A stretch of 64,000 bases of DNA, from assembly GCA_918797485.1 (NCBI GenBank), contig CAKKNE010000003.1, positions 682,001 through 746,000 on the forward strand, in the 5' to 3' direction. This document shows, in pieces, positions 32,692 to 43,269 of this stretch (position 1 is the stretch's first letter; every line of letters starts with the position of its first letter). The notes under the pieces are model-generated. The model saw only the letters and a program-made list of their open reading frames with translations, had not been told where the DNA came from and did no database searches. This DNA comes from Pelagomonas calceolata. Lineage: Eukaryota. The position numbers were made by a program, and so were the translations under genes.

Positions 32692-33864
32692 TTACACGGG
32701 AGGTTTGATGTCGGGAACCGGCAGCTGCAAATACGCGAGCACGCGGTCCTTGGCCGTCACGACGGCGTGGGGCGCCGCGCCCGCACTGATAAGTATGCGG
32801 TCGGCGCCGAAGTCGTCGTCACTCATCGCTAAATCGTTGTCTGCATTCTGCGCCAAAGCTGATGGAGCGTCCGCCGCGATCAGCGTATAAACCGCAGGCA
32901 GCCCGTCGATCTTCCTTCGGAAACGAGGTTTATTTTTATCAGCATGGGGGTCCCGCAGGTTCCAGCCCGTCACGAAGGCGCAGTCCGACGCCATGAGTAG
33001 TTCATTATTTCGCTCATCCGCTTCGAGGCATCTGATAGATGCAGAAGACTTGTAACTTCGGACGATTTCCCCGGTCTGCGCATACCGCGTGCAGAACCAG
33101 CCTCCACTTTCGCATTCTGCAAAACCACCAGCCAGAGAAATCCAATTGCAATGCGCATCGATATGTACGGCGCCACACCAGTGTTTTTCGTCCGGCAGGT
33201 TACACGCTTTCCGGAAAGCGTCATCAATCCCGGGGACCTCCTTGACGACCTTTGCGCTGTCTCTTAGATCGAGTAACTTGCAAGTACCATCTTCGGAGCA
33301 CGAGGCGGTCACGTGGGCTTCGGACGCGTGACATAACGCCAGGATCATGTCCGAGTGGGCCTGGACTTCATCTGTAATTTTGCCTGTTTCTATATCTCTT
33401 CTTCTGATTCTACCGTCGCCGTCACCGCACAACACCGAAGTGCCGCCCGCCTCCACGACCAATGCATTGCACTCGGGCGGAGGGGGAAAGCTCCCGTCCG
33501 GATATTGTGTTGCTGGTGACTGGTGGAGTCGGCAATGCGTTCCATCAGACCAGTTCGAGAAGGCTATGCCTTTATCGCCACCAGCACAGAGGATCGGTTT
33601 CGTTCTGTCACCTGCTACGGCGAGCGCGTAGACGCGTCCTAGTTGCGACGGTTGGGGCTCGCCTATAGCTCTACCGTGCATGTCCAACCTAAAAATTTGG
33701 TCGAAGGTCGTGCCCATGGCCAGGACGTCGTCGTGGAGGCACATGCCGAAAACACTCGACTCCTCGACCTTGCGCTGGGCGCAGATCTGGCGCGCGTACT
33801 CGTCCTGCGGGAGTTGGGCGAATCTTGCTAACTCCTGGAAGGAGAGCTTCTCGAACTGGGCCAT
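32692..33864 (-). CDS. THOC6: WD40 protein, THO complex subunit 6-like
   Basis: PECNAL, GDGDG, HSDMILAL, SEDGTCKLLDLR, W..L.GG. Confidence 0.65.
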   Translation of the reverse strand: MAQFEKLSFQELARFAQLPQDEYARQICAQRKVEESSVFGMCLHDDVLAMGTTFDQIFRLDMHGRAIGEPQPSQLGRVYALAVAGDRTKPILCAGGDKGIAFSNWSDGTHCRLHQSPATQYPDGSFPPPPECNALVVEAGGTSVLCGDGDGRIRRRDIETGKITDEVQAHSDMILALCHASEAHVTASCSEDGTCKLLDLRDSAKVVKEVPGIDDAFRKACNLPDEKHWCGAVHIDAHCNWISLAGGFAECESGGWFCTRYAQTGEIVRSYKSSASIRCLEADERNNELLMASDCAFVTGWNLRDPHADKNKPRFRRKIDGLPAVYTLIAADAPSALAQNADNDLAMSDDDFGADRILISAGAAPHAVVTAKDRVLAYLQLPVPDIKPPV

Positions 33865-34050
33865 GGTGGTGTGTCGCGCCGGCGGCGTCGGCGGCAGCGA
33901 GGCAACAGAGTGGAGGCCTCGGAGCAAGAAGCTTTGCCACACGTCTGCGGCGCGGTTCGCTGGTGATCTGTGGACTCCAAGTACTACCGGATGCAGCGTT
34001 TAGCCTTGTTATGAGCCAGGCGCAATTTTTGCTGCGGCTGTGGTGATTAT

Positions 34051-34071
34051 CTAGCGTTTGTAAGACACTAG
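34051..34071 (+). promoter_or_regulatory. CTAG-bounded promoter-region motif, copy 8
   Basis: CTAGCGTTTGTAAGACACTAG upstream of the THOC6-like gene. Confidence 0.65.
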
Positions 34072-34243
34072 CAATTAGCACACGTCCTAGTCCAGCCGGA
34101 CGGGTGGGCCCTGGGGGAACGGGAGGGGTACGGGGGACCCTGCGACGTAACTAGCCTGAGCCTGAGCACACAGTCTCCAAAGTACGCGTCCTCGAAGATC
34201 TACTCGAAGACATATGTACAATCTTACTGGACAAAACAAATAA

Positions 34244-35206
34244 TCAGGATGAATCCACCTCGAGCCGCAAGGTGTCGTCGTAGGTGCGCACGAACGGCAC
34301 CCAACCACCGTTGACCACGAAGCCGCCGTCGCCGAGGCGGCAGAGCACGTGGGCGTTGCGCGGCCCGAAGCCCGCATTCGTCTCCACGCGCGTCCACGCA
34401 TCCGCCACGACGTCGAGGCACCAGACGTCGTCCAGCGGTGCGAGACCAGCCAGCGGTGGTGCGAGACGCGCCGCGCCACCGACGAGGAGGACGCGGTTGT
34501 CATCGAGCGGCGCTGCGGCGCCAGCGGCGCGCGGCTCCGGCCCGGTCGCGGAGAGCGCGCGCCACTCCCACGTATCACAATCGAGCACGTACGCGTCGCC
34601 CGTCATCTCTCCCGACTGGGCGGCGCCGCAGGTCACGACCACCGAATGAGCACCGACGCGAGCCATCGCGTGGAGGCCTCTGGCCGACGGTGGCGGACCC
34701 GTCGTCGGTTGTGTGGTAACGGAGCCGTCCGACGGGTCGTAGACGAATACCTCGCGATGCGTCACGGCCACGACTCGACCATCCGGAAGCGTGCAGGCCG
34801 CGTGGCGGCTCCGCGGGCCGGGCAGCGTGGCTGCTTCCCGCGCCCATGCGCCCTCGCGAAACGTCCAGACGTCGTCGAAGAAGCCGTCAGCACCGTCCCA
34901 GCCGCCCATGAGCACGAGAGCGTCACCGGTGTGCGCCAGCGTCGCGCATAAACGCGGCGGCGGCGCGTCGGCGCCCGCCGGCGCGACGAGGCGCCACTCG
35001 CCGCCGTAGAAGCGCCACAGGTCGTTCGTGACCGATCGACTCGTGTCAGCCTGCTCTACATAGCCACCGAATAGGTAAGCGCCGGCGCCGTCGGCTGCCG
35101 CACAGGCACCTGACCTCGCACTTGGGCCAGAGGGCGCTTTTGTCCAGGAGGCTTTGAGAGCGCTGGCAGCAGTCATCATCAATGACCAGAGTCGCAAATG
35201 CATCAT
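34244..35206 (-). CDS. Kelch-repeat protein with N-terminal signal
   Basis: Repeated GG...D.W...W kelch motifs. Confidence 0.85.
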   Translation of the reverse strand: MMHLRLWSLMMTAASALKASWTKAPSGPSARSGACAAADGAGAYLFGGYVEQADTSRSVTNDLWRFYGGEWRLVAPAGADAPPPRLCATLAHTGDALVLMGGWDGADGFFDDVWTFREGAWAREAATLPGPRSRHAACTLPDGRVVAVTHREVFVYDPSDGSVTTQPTTGPPPSARGLHAMARVGAHSVVVTCGAAQSGEMTGDAYVLDCDTWEWRALSATGPEPRAAGAAAPLDDNRVLLVGGAARLAPPLAGLAPLDDVWCLDVVADAWTRVETNAGFGPRNAHVLCRLGDGGFVVNGGWVPFVRTYDDTLRLEVDSS

Positions 35207-35251
35207 GCCTACTGCCTTTTTCACGACGTATGCGCGTTTTTGCGGTGCTTC

Positions 35252-35273
35252 CTAGTACGTCTCATGCCGCTAG
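35252..35273 (-). promoter_or_regulatory. CTAG-bounded promoter-region motif, copy 9
   Basis: CTAGTACGTCTCATGCCGCTAG, divergent intergenic. Confidence 0.55.
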
Positions 35274-35465
35274 CTACGTGCGGATGCGGCACCTCACTTT
35301 GAGTGCCATAAAGCTCTCGAATCCGGCCAGAACCGCGACCAAAGGCATCATTCTTCGCTGTTGCAGCCGCCTTCAAGCGCATTCGAGCATCGAAAACGCC
35401 AATCCATCGCTGCAGCCTTCTCCCACGTGGGAGACACGTGCAGTCCTCGCAGCCGTGTTTAACCA

Positions 35466-36608
35466 ATGGCCGACTTCCAGCAGCAACCTCCCACGCGCAT
35501 CAAGCTGCGGCGCGACGCGATCATCCACGCCATCGCCTTTCATGACGAAATGTACGCCGTCGGCGACGACGAGGCCCTCACCGTCGTCGACGCGAGAACC
35601 GATCACAGTATAAGGCGTTTCGAAGAAGTGGGCACGGTGCTGAGCGTCTGTTTTGTGGGAGACCGCGTCGCGGCGGGGACGCTGCGCGGCGTCGTTTCAT
35701 TAAGAAAGATGTGCGACCATGAAACGTGGGACGGGCGCTGCAGCTGTGGCAGCGACGAGCTTGCCCTCGCGCCGGCCGGTGCCGACCGCGCGGGCGTCCG
35801 CGCAATCGCAGCATTTGAAAGCCGCCTCGCGGCCGGCGACGCCGCGGGGCGGGTCTGCGTGTGGTACGTCGGCGAGGCAGGCACGCAGCCGCTATTCTCG
35901 TTAAGGGCAGCGAAGGACCGGACCTGCGCCGTCGAGGCCCTCGCACTGGAGCAAACCTCGTTGGTCGTGGCCCGCTCGGCGCTCGGCGCGACGCAAGTGC
36001 CTCTCTTGTCGGCCTGGGGCTTGCACGACGACACGCCCCCGGAGGTGTCCTGGTCCTCGGACGAAGAGGAGGACGGCGACGCGAGCGACGACGGCGACGA
36101 GTTTGATCCGTGGCACCCTTCACTAACACAGCGCCTGGTCGTGAACCCCACTTCCGAAACCGTCGACGTGCACGCGGTCGCGCGTTCTAGTACTATGCTC
36201 GTCGCCGGGGCGTCCGACGGCTCGGTCGCGGCCTGGGACGCCGCGACCTTCGAGGTCCGGTGGCGCGGCTCCGTCGGCGCGAGCGTCCAGGCGCTGGCGC
36301 TCGCCGCGGGCAGGGTCGTTATCGTGCCTATTGGTGTTGGCGCGGCGGCGGCGCCGGTCTACATATCTGGCGCATTCGCGGACCGGGTCGCGCTCGCGCC
36401 GCCGGCGCGAAAGCCGATGGGTGGCGCGAATTGTGATGGGTGCGGCACGCCCGCACTCGTCTGGGACGGCAGCGTCCAGCAGGGGTGCCCCGTCTGCAGC
36501 GCCGGGACGGTGGTCAACGCGTGCGCGCTCGCGCGCGACGGGAAGCGGCTCCTGGCGGGCGGCTACGACCGGAGCCTGCACGCCTGGGACCTCTCCTCTG
36601 ACCAATGA
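35466..36608 (+). CDS. WD40-repeat protein
   Basis: GASDGSVAAWD, GGYDRSLHAWD; CxxC...CPVC insert. Confidence 0.75.
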   Translation: MADFQQQPPTRIKLRRDAIIHAIAFHDEMYAVGDDEALTVVDARTDHSIRRFEEVGTVLSVCFVGDRVAAGTLRGVVSLRKMCDHETWDGRCSCGSDELALAPAGADRAGVRAIAAFESRLAAGDAAGRVCVWYVGEAGTQPLFSLRAAKDRTCAVEALALEQTSLVVARSALGATQVPLLSAWGLHDDTPPEVSWSSDEEEDGDASDDGDEFDPWHPSLTQRLVVNPTSETVDVHAVARSSTMLVAGASDGSVAAWDAATFEVRWRGSVGASVQALALAAGRVVIVPIGVGAAAAPVYISGAFADRVALAPPARKPMGGANCDGCGTPALVWDGSVQQGCPVCSAGTVVNACALARDGKRLLAGGYDRSLHAWDLSSDQ

Positions 36609-36712
36609 CGGCCGACGCCACTGCCACGCAATCGCCGCGGCTATCACTCCCACGCCATCGCCGCGAATATCACTCCTGTAACACACTGTATAACTTACAC
36701 AACACTGGCGTA

Positions 36713-38059
36713 CTACACCATCGCCGGCTCCCTCTCCCCCGACTCCTGGCGGCCGATCTTCTCGTAGCCCTTCTTTTTGGGAACGCGAGCCATCGACCGC
36801 GCCGGCACGGTCAACCGCGGCGGAATCACCAAATCGGCGTCAAATCGCAAATTCGAGAGCATGACGCCCGGGTCGCCCGAGATGTGCGGCGTCTTGCGCC
36901 GCCTTACTTCATACCGGATGCCCGCGCAGCAGACCGCTATTGAACTTCCAATCGCCACCACGATCAGGAAGAGGCGGAACGACGCGTAGCCCCGGTTACT
37001 ATCTATGACCGTGTCTGAACCGGTGGCCAGCGCCAGCAGCACGAACTGCGTCCCGATTTGGTCCATATTATCATTGTCGTCGTTGACGAGTATAAGCCGC
37101 CTCTCGCTACCATGAATGTCGGGGCAGAGGCACATGCCCTCGTAGTTGTCCACCGCTAAAGAACTGATCGTCTTCCCGTCACCGGTCCTCATGCCATTCA
37201 CATCCCACTCTATTAACAGTTTTTTGTCGAAGACACCGTCTGATACAGCAGCCTCGTACAGTCTGATGGTATTCGTCGTCTGAAAGGTCCGTTCCAGCAC
37301 CAACAACGACGCGGCGAGGGCCTCGAACTCGACGACTCCCAGAGGCGTGCCGTCGAGCACCGACGCGGTGTAGCTGATTGTAGAAGACGGGAGCGGCGGG
37401 TTCGTGAGCGACCCTTCATCGAGTGACCACGCGTAGACGTCGTGGTGTGTCTCATCATCACCATTAAGCGCGTACTCCGGCGTCGTCGCCACGTAAGTCT
37501 GGTCGTCGAGGCCCAAAGCTCTACCAGAAGCGAGCGTCAGGGCCTCGAAGCCCTTGTTGTCGAGGACCCTTGTTATTGCATCTTGCGGCGGCGCGAAGGG
37601 CGCGCCCAGAACGCTCCCCGTGATCGGATCCACTTCAATCACGCTTAGCTCACTTCCTTTGTGCTGGTGCGCCTCCGTGGAGACGAGCACGGTGCCGTCC
37701 CTTTCGATCGCGATGCCCTCGGAGTCCGCAGAAGGCTGCAGCGCGGTCCTCCGTATTGGATTAATCTCGAACGGGTCTAGTACAACGTCGGCCTCTACCA
37801 ATGCACCCTTGTCGTCGACGAAGAGCGCCGTATCTGTATCGACGAAGCGGCAGGCCGACAGCTCGCTGAGGGTCTGGCCGTCCCTCAGATTGTAGCCGAC
37901 GGGGAGGAGCTGGGACGCGAGGACTTTGACTTCTGTTACTTCGAAGGCTGTCGCGAGTGGGAGCAGCGCCAGCGCTGCCGTGACCTCGACGGCTCCGGTG
38001 AGCGGCAGCAACGCCGCGGCGGCTGCGAGCGCGGTGCGGGAGCGTCCTCTCCGCAGCAT
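36713..38059 (-). CDS. Phytase-like (esterase-like) beta-propeller with signal peptide and C-terminal TM
   Basis: SELSA, DSEGIA, NKGFEAL, LLVLER, DNYEGM, VNDDN. Confidence 0.75.
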   Translation of the reverse strand: MLRRGRSRTALAAAAALLPLTGAVEVTAALALLPLATAFEVTEVKVLASQLLPVGYNLRDGQTLSELSACRFVDTDTALFVDDKGALVEADVVLDPFEINPIRRTALQPSADSEGIAIERDGTVLVSTEAHQHKGSELSVIEVDPITGSVLGAPFAPPQDAITRVLDNKGFEALTLASGRALGLDDQTYVATTPEYALNGDDETHHDVYAWSLDEGSLTNPPLPSSTISYTASVLDGTPLGVVEFEALAASLLVLERTFQTTNTIRLYEAAVSDGVFDKKLLIEWDVNGMRTGDGKTISSLAVDNYEGMCLCPDIHGSERRLILVNDDNDNMDQIGTQFVLLALATGSDTVIDSNRGYASFRLFLIVVAIGSSIAVCCAGIRYEVRRRKTPHISGDPGVMLSNLRFDADLVIPPRLTVPARSMARVPKKKGYEKIGRQESGEREPAMV

Positions 38060-38200
38060 CCTCCTGTGGCAGGCTCCTGGCCGGGTGGCAGGCGCTTCAA
38101 CGCCGGGTGCCGGATCGATGGGATCGATGCGTGTCTTTGAGGTATGTCTTTGGCGCGTAACCGCTGAGTGGCAAAGGTGCGAGGCCACAAAAAAATCGCG

Positions 38201-38222
38201 CTAGCGTCCTGTAACACACTAG
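38201..38222 (+). promoter_or_regulatory. CTAG-bounded promoter-region motif, copy 10
   Basis: CTAGCGTCCTGTAACACACTAG, divergent intergenic. Confidence 0.65.
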
Positions 38223-38363
38223 CGAAAAGCCGAGGTGATTGAAAGGCTAAACAAGCCGCTAAATCCGCCGCGCGCGCAGCCCGGCACGCCTGACGCGGCC
38301 CAAACCCACTGCTCCTGTACAAGGTTGTCGGCGTTGGTGCCCGCTGTGGTCCAGAGCGACGCT

Positions 38364-38588
38364 ATGATCTACAACACGGAGTCCTCGCTCTTCCAGAGCT
38401 TCCTCTCCTCGGGCAAGCACAAGCCGACCAGCGACGAGGTGATCGATGCGCTGAACGTGATCAAGGCGGAGACGCCGAACCGGAGCCCCGAGCAGATGGC
38501 GGCGACGTTGAGGGCGAAGTACCCGCAGTGGGTCCTCGAGGACCTGGACTGGGCAGAACTCAGCCGCAAGATGGGCGACGACGATTAA
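38364..38588 (+). CDS. Small hypothetical protein
   Basis: 74-aa GC3-rich ORF downstream of motif copy 10. Confidence 0.5.
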   Translation: MIYNTESSLFQSFLSSGKHKPTSDEVIDALNVIKAETPNRSPEQMAATLRAKYPQWVLEDLDWAELSRKMGDDD

Positions 38589-38813
38589 TTGCCGTGTCCG
38601 TGGCGACAGCGCGGCGGCGACGGCGCGGCGGCGCAGCGCTCCGCACCGGCCGTGTGGCACGGCGGTGCGGTTGGGTAAATTGACTTGACTTCTCTCCTAG
38701 ATATACGCCATCGCCTTACGCCATCGACGCGCCGAACCATCGCCTTACGCCATCGACGCGCCCCAGAGACAAAGACTCGCGCAAACCCCAACCTTACGCA
38801 AAAGGAACCCAGC

Positions 38814-40139
38814 CTAGAACGAATCCACGAGGAACTTGTTGACGAACTTGTTCAGCAGGTCGCCGGGCTTGGAGTTCTCGTTCGAGTCGTCGAAGTCCGC
38901 CGGTCTATCTTTAACAAGACCGCCGAACCAGGACACCGCGTGGTACCGGTCGCCCTTGAACACGTTCCTACCATGCAAGACACGGTAGTTGTCGCACAAC
39001 AGCACGTCGCCGGGCTGCATGGGGATGTCCCGGATGTTCTTCTGCGAGACCTCGTTGATGTGGTCCAAGTCGGCAGAAGGAATGGGAGATAAATCCCCGT
39101 AAAAGACCTCCGTCATCCCGACCTCGGGGACCGTACAAGGCCGCCTATCACGTAAGTAGCGCGCGTGGTTGTGGATGTTGCAGAACCAGAGCAACTCGCC
39201 CGTCACGGGGTGGCGGTTGAAGGGCGAGGCAATCTGCTCGATGGCTTGCATGCGCATCGGCTTGCCGTCGGCGCCGTACTTCATTTCCAAATCCATATCG
39301 AATTTCGGGGCCACTAACTTGTCCACTAAGACTCTAGCTCCTTCCATGATGGGCTCCTTGAGTCGCACCTCCGTCTTCTTCGGCAGGCCCGTCTTGTCAA
39401 CAATAACATCAGGTAAATTGATATCAAAGTCGGCGCCCTCGAGGAAGTCCATATCCAGGTTCGAGACCGAGATGCGGATCTTCCGGTCGTAGATCCGTTG
39501 CGCTACGTCCGCATCCAAATCGCGCGCGATCTTCGCCGCGTCGGCGATGAAGAACTCGCCGCCCTCGACCGTCGCCGGTTTGAAGCACACAAAAGCTCCA
39601 TAGGTCGCTGTTTTCTTATGGGTACTCTCTTGGTGGAGGCCGATGTAGTGCCTCGACAGGGACTCCTTGTTGACCTCCTCGTAGATCGCGTCCTCCTGGG
39701 ACGCGAAAGACCGCAAGCCGGAGGTGTGGATCGGATCTAAACAAGGGTCGAGCCCGACGGCCTCGTAGAACTGCCTGAAACCTTGTTCGGTCTTCATCAG
39801 ATCAAAACCACGGAACCAGATGCAGCCCGTCTTCTCGAGTTCCGCCAGGATGTCCTCGCTGTGTTCGCGGAAGTACTCGACGCCCTCGTTACCATTGCTG
39901 ATTCTTTCCGAGGGGCACTGCTCCGGGAGCGGTTGCTGGTTCTGCCTGGCCTCGACAATGTTGACGTTGTCGGCGTCCCAGATCGTCGCCGGGCAGTCGG
40001 GGATGTTGCCCGTGAGGTCGCGCGCCTCCGTCGCGACGGGCGCGGCTTCGAGCGTGGCCGCTCGTTGGGCCTGGGGCGCCTTGGGCTGGCTGCTCGGCAC
40101 GAGCGCCGCGGCGGCCGGGATTAAGGAGAGGACGCGCAT
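38814..40139 (-). CDS. TauD/TfdA-family Fe(II)/2OG dioxygenase, plastid-targeted
   Basis: WFRGF, HQE, HPVTGE..WF, GDVLLCDNYRVLHGR. Confidence 0.85.
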   Translation of the reverse strand: MRVLSLIPAAAALVPSSQPKAPQAQRAATLEAAPVATEARDLTGNIPDCPATIWDADNVNIVEARQNQQPLPEQCPSERISNGNEGVEYFREHSEDILAELEKTGCIWFRGFDLMKTEQGFRQFYEAVGLDPCLDPIHTSGLRSFASQEDAIYEEVNKESLSRHYIGLHQESTHKKTATYGAFVCFKPATVEGGEFFIADAAKIARDLDADVAQRIYDRKIRISVSNLDMDFLEGADFDINLPDVIVDKTGLPKKTEVRLKEPIMEGARVLVDKLVAPKFDMDLEMKYGADGKPMRMQAIEQIASPFNRHPVTGELLWFCNIHNHARYLRDRRPCTVPEVGMTEVFYGDLSPIPSADLDHINEVSQKNIRDIPMQPGDVLLCDNYRVLHGRNVFKGDRYHAVSWFGGLVKDRPADFDDSNENSKPGDLLNKFVNKFLVDSF

Positions 40140-40638
40140 GTTATCGCGGTCTAGGAGCTGCTAAGAGCTGTCTGCAGGGATGCCCTCTACCACGTGTTAG
40201 AGCTATCCGCGGCGGCTCTCCGTCGAGCAGAAAGTGCTAGCGTGGCTACTGTGACTTTCAAGACACTTTAGCTGCTCAGTGGCACGTTCTATGCTGCACC
40301 ACGCGCGTCCTAGCCAAGATTGCGTCCTGAGCAAAAGCAAGCACCTCTAGTATGTAAGTTCACTAACAAGAGGCCATCCGTTGCGGCGAGGATGCCTCCG
40401 GCGCCGAACAACGTCCCCGTGCAGGCCTTAAGCAGGCTGTCCAGCACCAGGCCGCAAAACCCGTGCCAGCCAGAGCAATCGATCGAGCCTGCAGTTTGCC
40501 GCTGTCCTGGACGATTGCGTGACCTCAGCAGTCTAGAGGACATACCAGCAGTGCCGCACAAGCTGCACGTCCACTCATAATGAGCAGCATGGCCCACAAA
40601 AACCTGGAGAGCACATAGACTCTCACAAGAGCTAAAAC

Positions 40639-43239
40639 ATGACTCCACCACCGCCGCGACGGCGCAAGCGCACGAGCTCCGGCGCCGACAGGAGAAAACG
40701 CATGGCCGAGCACCGACGAGCCTCGACAGTCTGCGCGAAGGCGCTCGAAGAGACGCCGCCGCGCACCGCGCTCTGGGACGCGAGGCCAGCGCCGCCGCTG
40801 CCGCCGCCGCCCGCGGCGCCCACAACACCTCGACAACACCCCGACGAATCGGAAGATGACTTCCGGGCGCGCCTGGAGACCGTCCGCCAGCTCCGCGACC
40901 GATTGGAGACGGACGACCGCATGAACCTGGCCTGCGAGTGCGCGAAGCGCGGCGTGGCCTTTGATGGAGACGACAGCGCCGCGATGCTACGGCGGCGGCT
41001 CGCCCAGGACCTCGTACCAAGGACGTACGCGTCGGCGTCGGCGCGGAAACAGAGCCGCGCGGCGCGGCGCAAGGCGCAGCGCAGGGCCAACAGGGCCCTC
41101 GGGCGGCTATCCAGTGGCCCGCTCATGGACGAGATCCGCGCTGCCAAGCTGTCCAAGCTGTCGCGCGCCGCGGCGGCGCCGACCACGCCGCGCGCGCTGC
41201 GGACGGCCGAGGCAGCCGACGTCGTCGCCGCGCTGTCGCCGCCGCGCGCGCCGCCGCCGGCGACTCCATTAAAACGCGGCACGAGCTTGGACGCCCTCGA
41301 CGCGGCCTGGCCGGCCTGGGGCCAGGAGCCCGAGCTCGTGGCGACTAGAAGAAGGGCCGCCGACGCGCTCGACCGGGCCGAAGCATCTCGCACAAGAGCC
41401 GAGGCCCTCGACACTCGAAGTGCGTGGGCGTCCTACGTCGTCGCCGCGGCCGAGGCCGAACGAGCGAGGCGGATTGCGGTCAACGACGAATTGGACTGGG
41501 CGAACCAGCTCGAACGAGAACGGCGCCAGAAGTGGGCCGCCGAAGCGGCCCAAAGGGAGCAACGGAGGAGAATCAGAGAAGGCTTCGCGCGCGAAACACA
41601 AGGCACGCGCTGGTTCGAGGGTCTCATCGAGCGGAAGAATGAAGATTATGAGGTCGCGTGTCCCTACGCGGCCTTCGGGTGCCGCCACTGTGGGCCGCGG
41701 TCGACGATCAGTCAACATCTGGAGACGTGCCCCGCGCGGCCCCAGGAGAGCTCATCGCCGGACAAGCTCCAGAAGGATTATGATATCGTGTGTCCGAACT
41801 CGTTCATGGGCTGTTCGTGTACGTTTCCCCTATCGCAACTCGCGGCGCACCTACAAACTTGTACGTATTCCGACACGTCGCGCGCGTCCGAAAGGTCGCA
41901 ACGGACGGACGCGCAACTAAAAGCTCAAAAGAGCGCCGAGCAGGAGCGAGCTCGACGGTTGAGGGACGAGAGCGGCATCGCGCTGGCGCGGGCGGCGGCG
42001 CGCGTCGCTCGCAAGAAGGGCCTGGCGCCTCAAGCGGAGGTGACGATCCAGACGGCGAAGCTCGTGACGGACGAGGTGCAGAATACGGGTTTACGGCGAC
42101 TGGGCGCGGAGCTGCGGGAGACAGCCGCGGCGGCCGCGGCGGCAGCGGCAGCGAGGGGCAATGCAAGAAGAGCGGCGATCCAAGTCATCGCCGCCGTCGC
42201 GCAAAGAGCGTTCTCGTCGACGAACTGCGAGGCCAAGGTGTTTGGGTCCTGTGCTTATGGGCTCGATGCGGCGTCGTCCGACGTCGACCTCGTCATTACG
42301 AATTGGTGCGACGGTGAGTTAATTGAGGACCGGCCGTACGTCGCTTATGTGCTGTTGCGGTTCGCGCAGCATTTAAGAGCGGAGCCTTCCGTCGTTGTCG
42401 ACAGAGTGCTGGATCGCGCGCGCGTTCCCGTCATCCGAGCCACTATTTACGTCGACGACGGCTCCGTGCCCGTTGACGTCTCGCTCGAATGTGCGTCTCA
42501 TACTGGATTGGCTGCGGCCGAACTTGGGAGAAGCTTGGTGGACGAGGTGTCGCAGCTCGCTCCGGCGGCGGTGGCCGTCCGCGCTCTACTCAGAAAGGCG
42601 GGCCTGAACGACGCCTACACGGGCGGCCTACCGTCCTACGCCGTACTGCTGATGCTCTACTACGCGACTCTCAATGGCGACGAGCCTAGAAGTGCCAGGA
42701 AGAAGCCCGTGGATGCGCTCGCGGACGCGTCGTGGGTGCAAGCCTCGCCCGCCGAGCATCTGTTGAGAGCCACTCCTACAACACCGCACCGCAAGAAGTC
42801 GACGGCCTCCGAGAGTCTGAGGCCGACGTATGCGCGGTCCGCCCCTAGACAAGCCCCCACGCCGCCGCCGCGCCGGAGCGCGCCTCCAGCATCTATTGGG
42901 CGCGAGGTCGCGAAGCAGCTCTTGGCGAGCGGGCCTATTCTAAAGGGCGACGACGCTGCGTTAGCGTCAACGCTCCTCAACTTCTTCCGCTTATTTGGCC
43001 GGGAGAGCCAGATCTCGGTTTCGGTGCGCGACGGTGGGCGGCGCCTGGCCCACGGGGACTCGTTGGGCGGCCTGTTCGTCGAGGATCCATTAGATGTGTC
43101 GAACAACGTCGCGCGGGCGGCGTTCCGCGGCAAGGACGTGCTGGCGCTCTTTTCTCGCGCGCACGATAGATTGCGGGACGCGCTCCTGGCGCGCAACCGG
43201 CGCGTGCTGGACGCGCTGTTCGTGGACGACGAGGAGTGA
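40639..43239 (+). CDS. TRF4/PAP2-like terminal nucleotidyltransferase with two TRAF/SIAH-type zinc fingers
   Basis: FGSCAYGL..SSDVDL, ARVPVI, VDVS, GGLPSY, VEDPLDVSNNV; CPY..FGC..H...C twice. Confidence 0.8.
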   Translation: MTPPPPRRRKRTSSGADRRKRMAEHRRASTVCAKALEETPPRTALWDARPAPPLPPPPAAPTTPRQHPDESEDDFRARLETVRQLRDRLETDDRMNLACECAKRGVAFDGDDSAAMLRRRLAQDLVPRTYASASARKQSRAARRKAQRRANRALGRLSSGPLMDEIRAAKLSKLSRAAAAPTTPRALRTAEAADVVAALSPPRAPPPATPLKRGTSLDALDAAWPAWGQEPELVATRRRAADALDRAEASRTRAEALDTRSAWASYVVAAAEAERARRIAVNDELDWANQLERERRQKWAAEAAQREQRRRIREGFARETQGTRWFEGLIERKNEDYEVACPYAAFGCRHCGPRSTISQHLETCPARPQESSSPDKLQKDYDIVCPNSFMGCSCTFPLSQLAAHLQTCTYSDTSRASERSQRTDAQLKAQKSAEQERARRLRDESGIALARAAARVARKKGLAPQAEVTIQTAKLVTDEVQNTGLRRLGAELRETAAAAAAAAAARGNARRAAIQVIAAVAQRAFSSTNCEAKVFGSCAYGLDAASSDVDLVITNWCDGELIEDRPYVAYVLLRFAQHLRAEPSVVVDRVLDRARVPVIRATIYVDDGSVPVDVSLECASHTGLAAAELGRSLVDEVSQLAPAAVAVRALLRKAGLNDAYTGGLPSYAVLLMLYYATLNGDEPRSARKKPVDALADASWVQASPAEHLLRATPTTPHRKKSTASESLRPTYARSAPRQAPTPPPRRSAPPASIGREVAKQLLASGPILKGDDAALASTLLNFFRLFGRESQISVSVRDGGRRLAHGDSLGGLFVEDPLDVSNNVARAAFRGKDVLALFSRAHDRLRDALLARNRRVLDALFVDDEE

Positions 43240-43269
43240 TGTGTCATCTGTGTAATTTTTGTGAGATGC

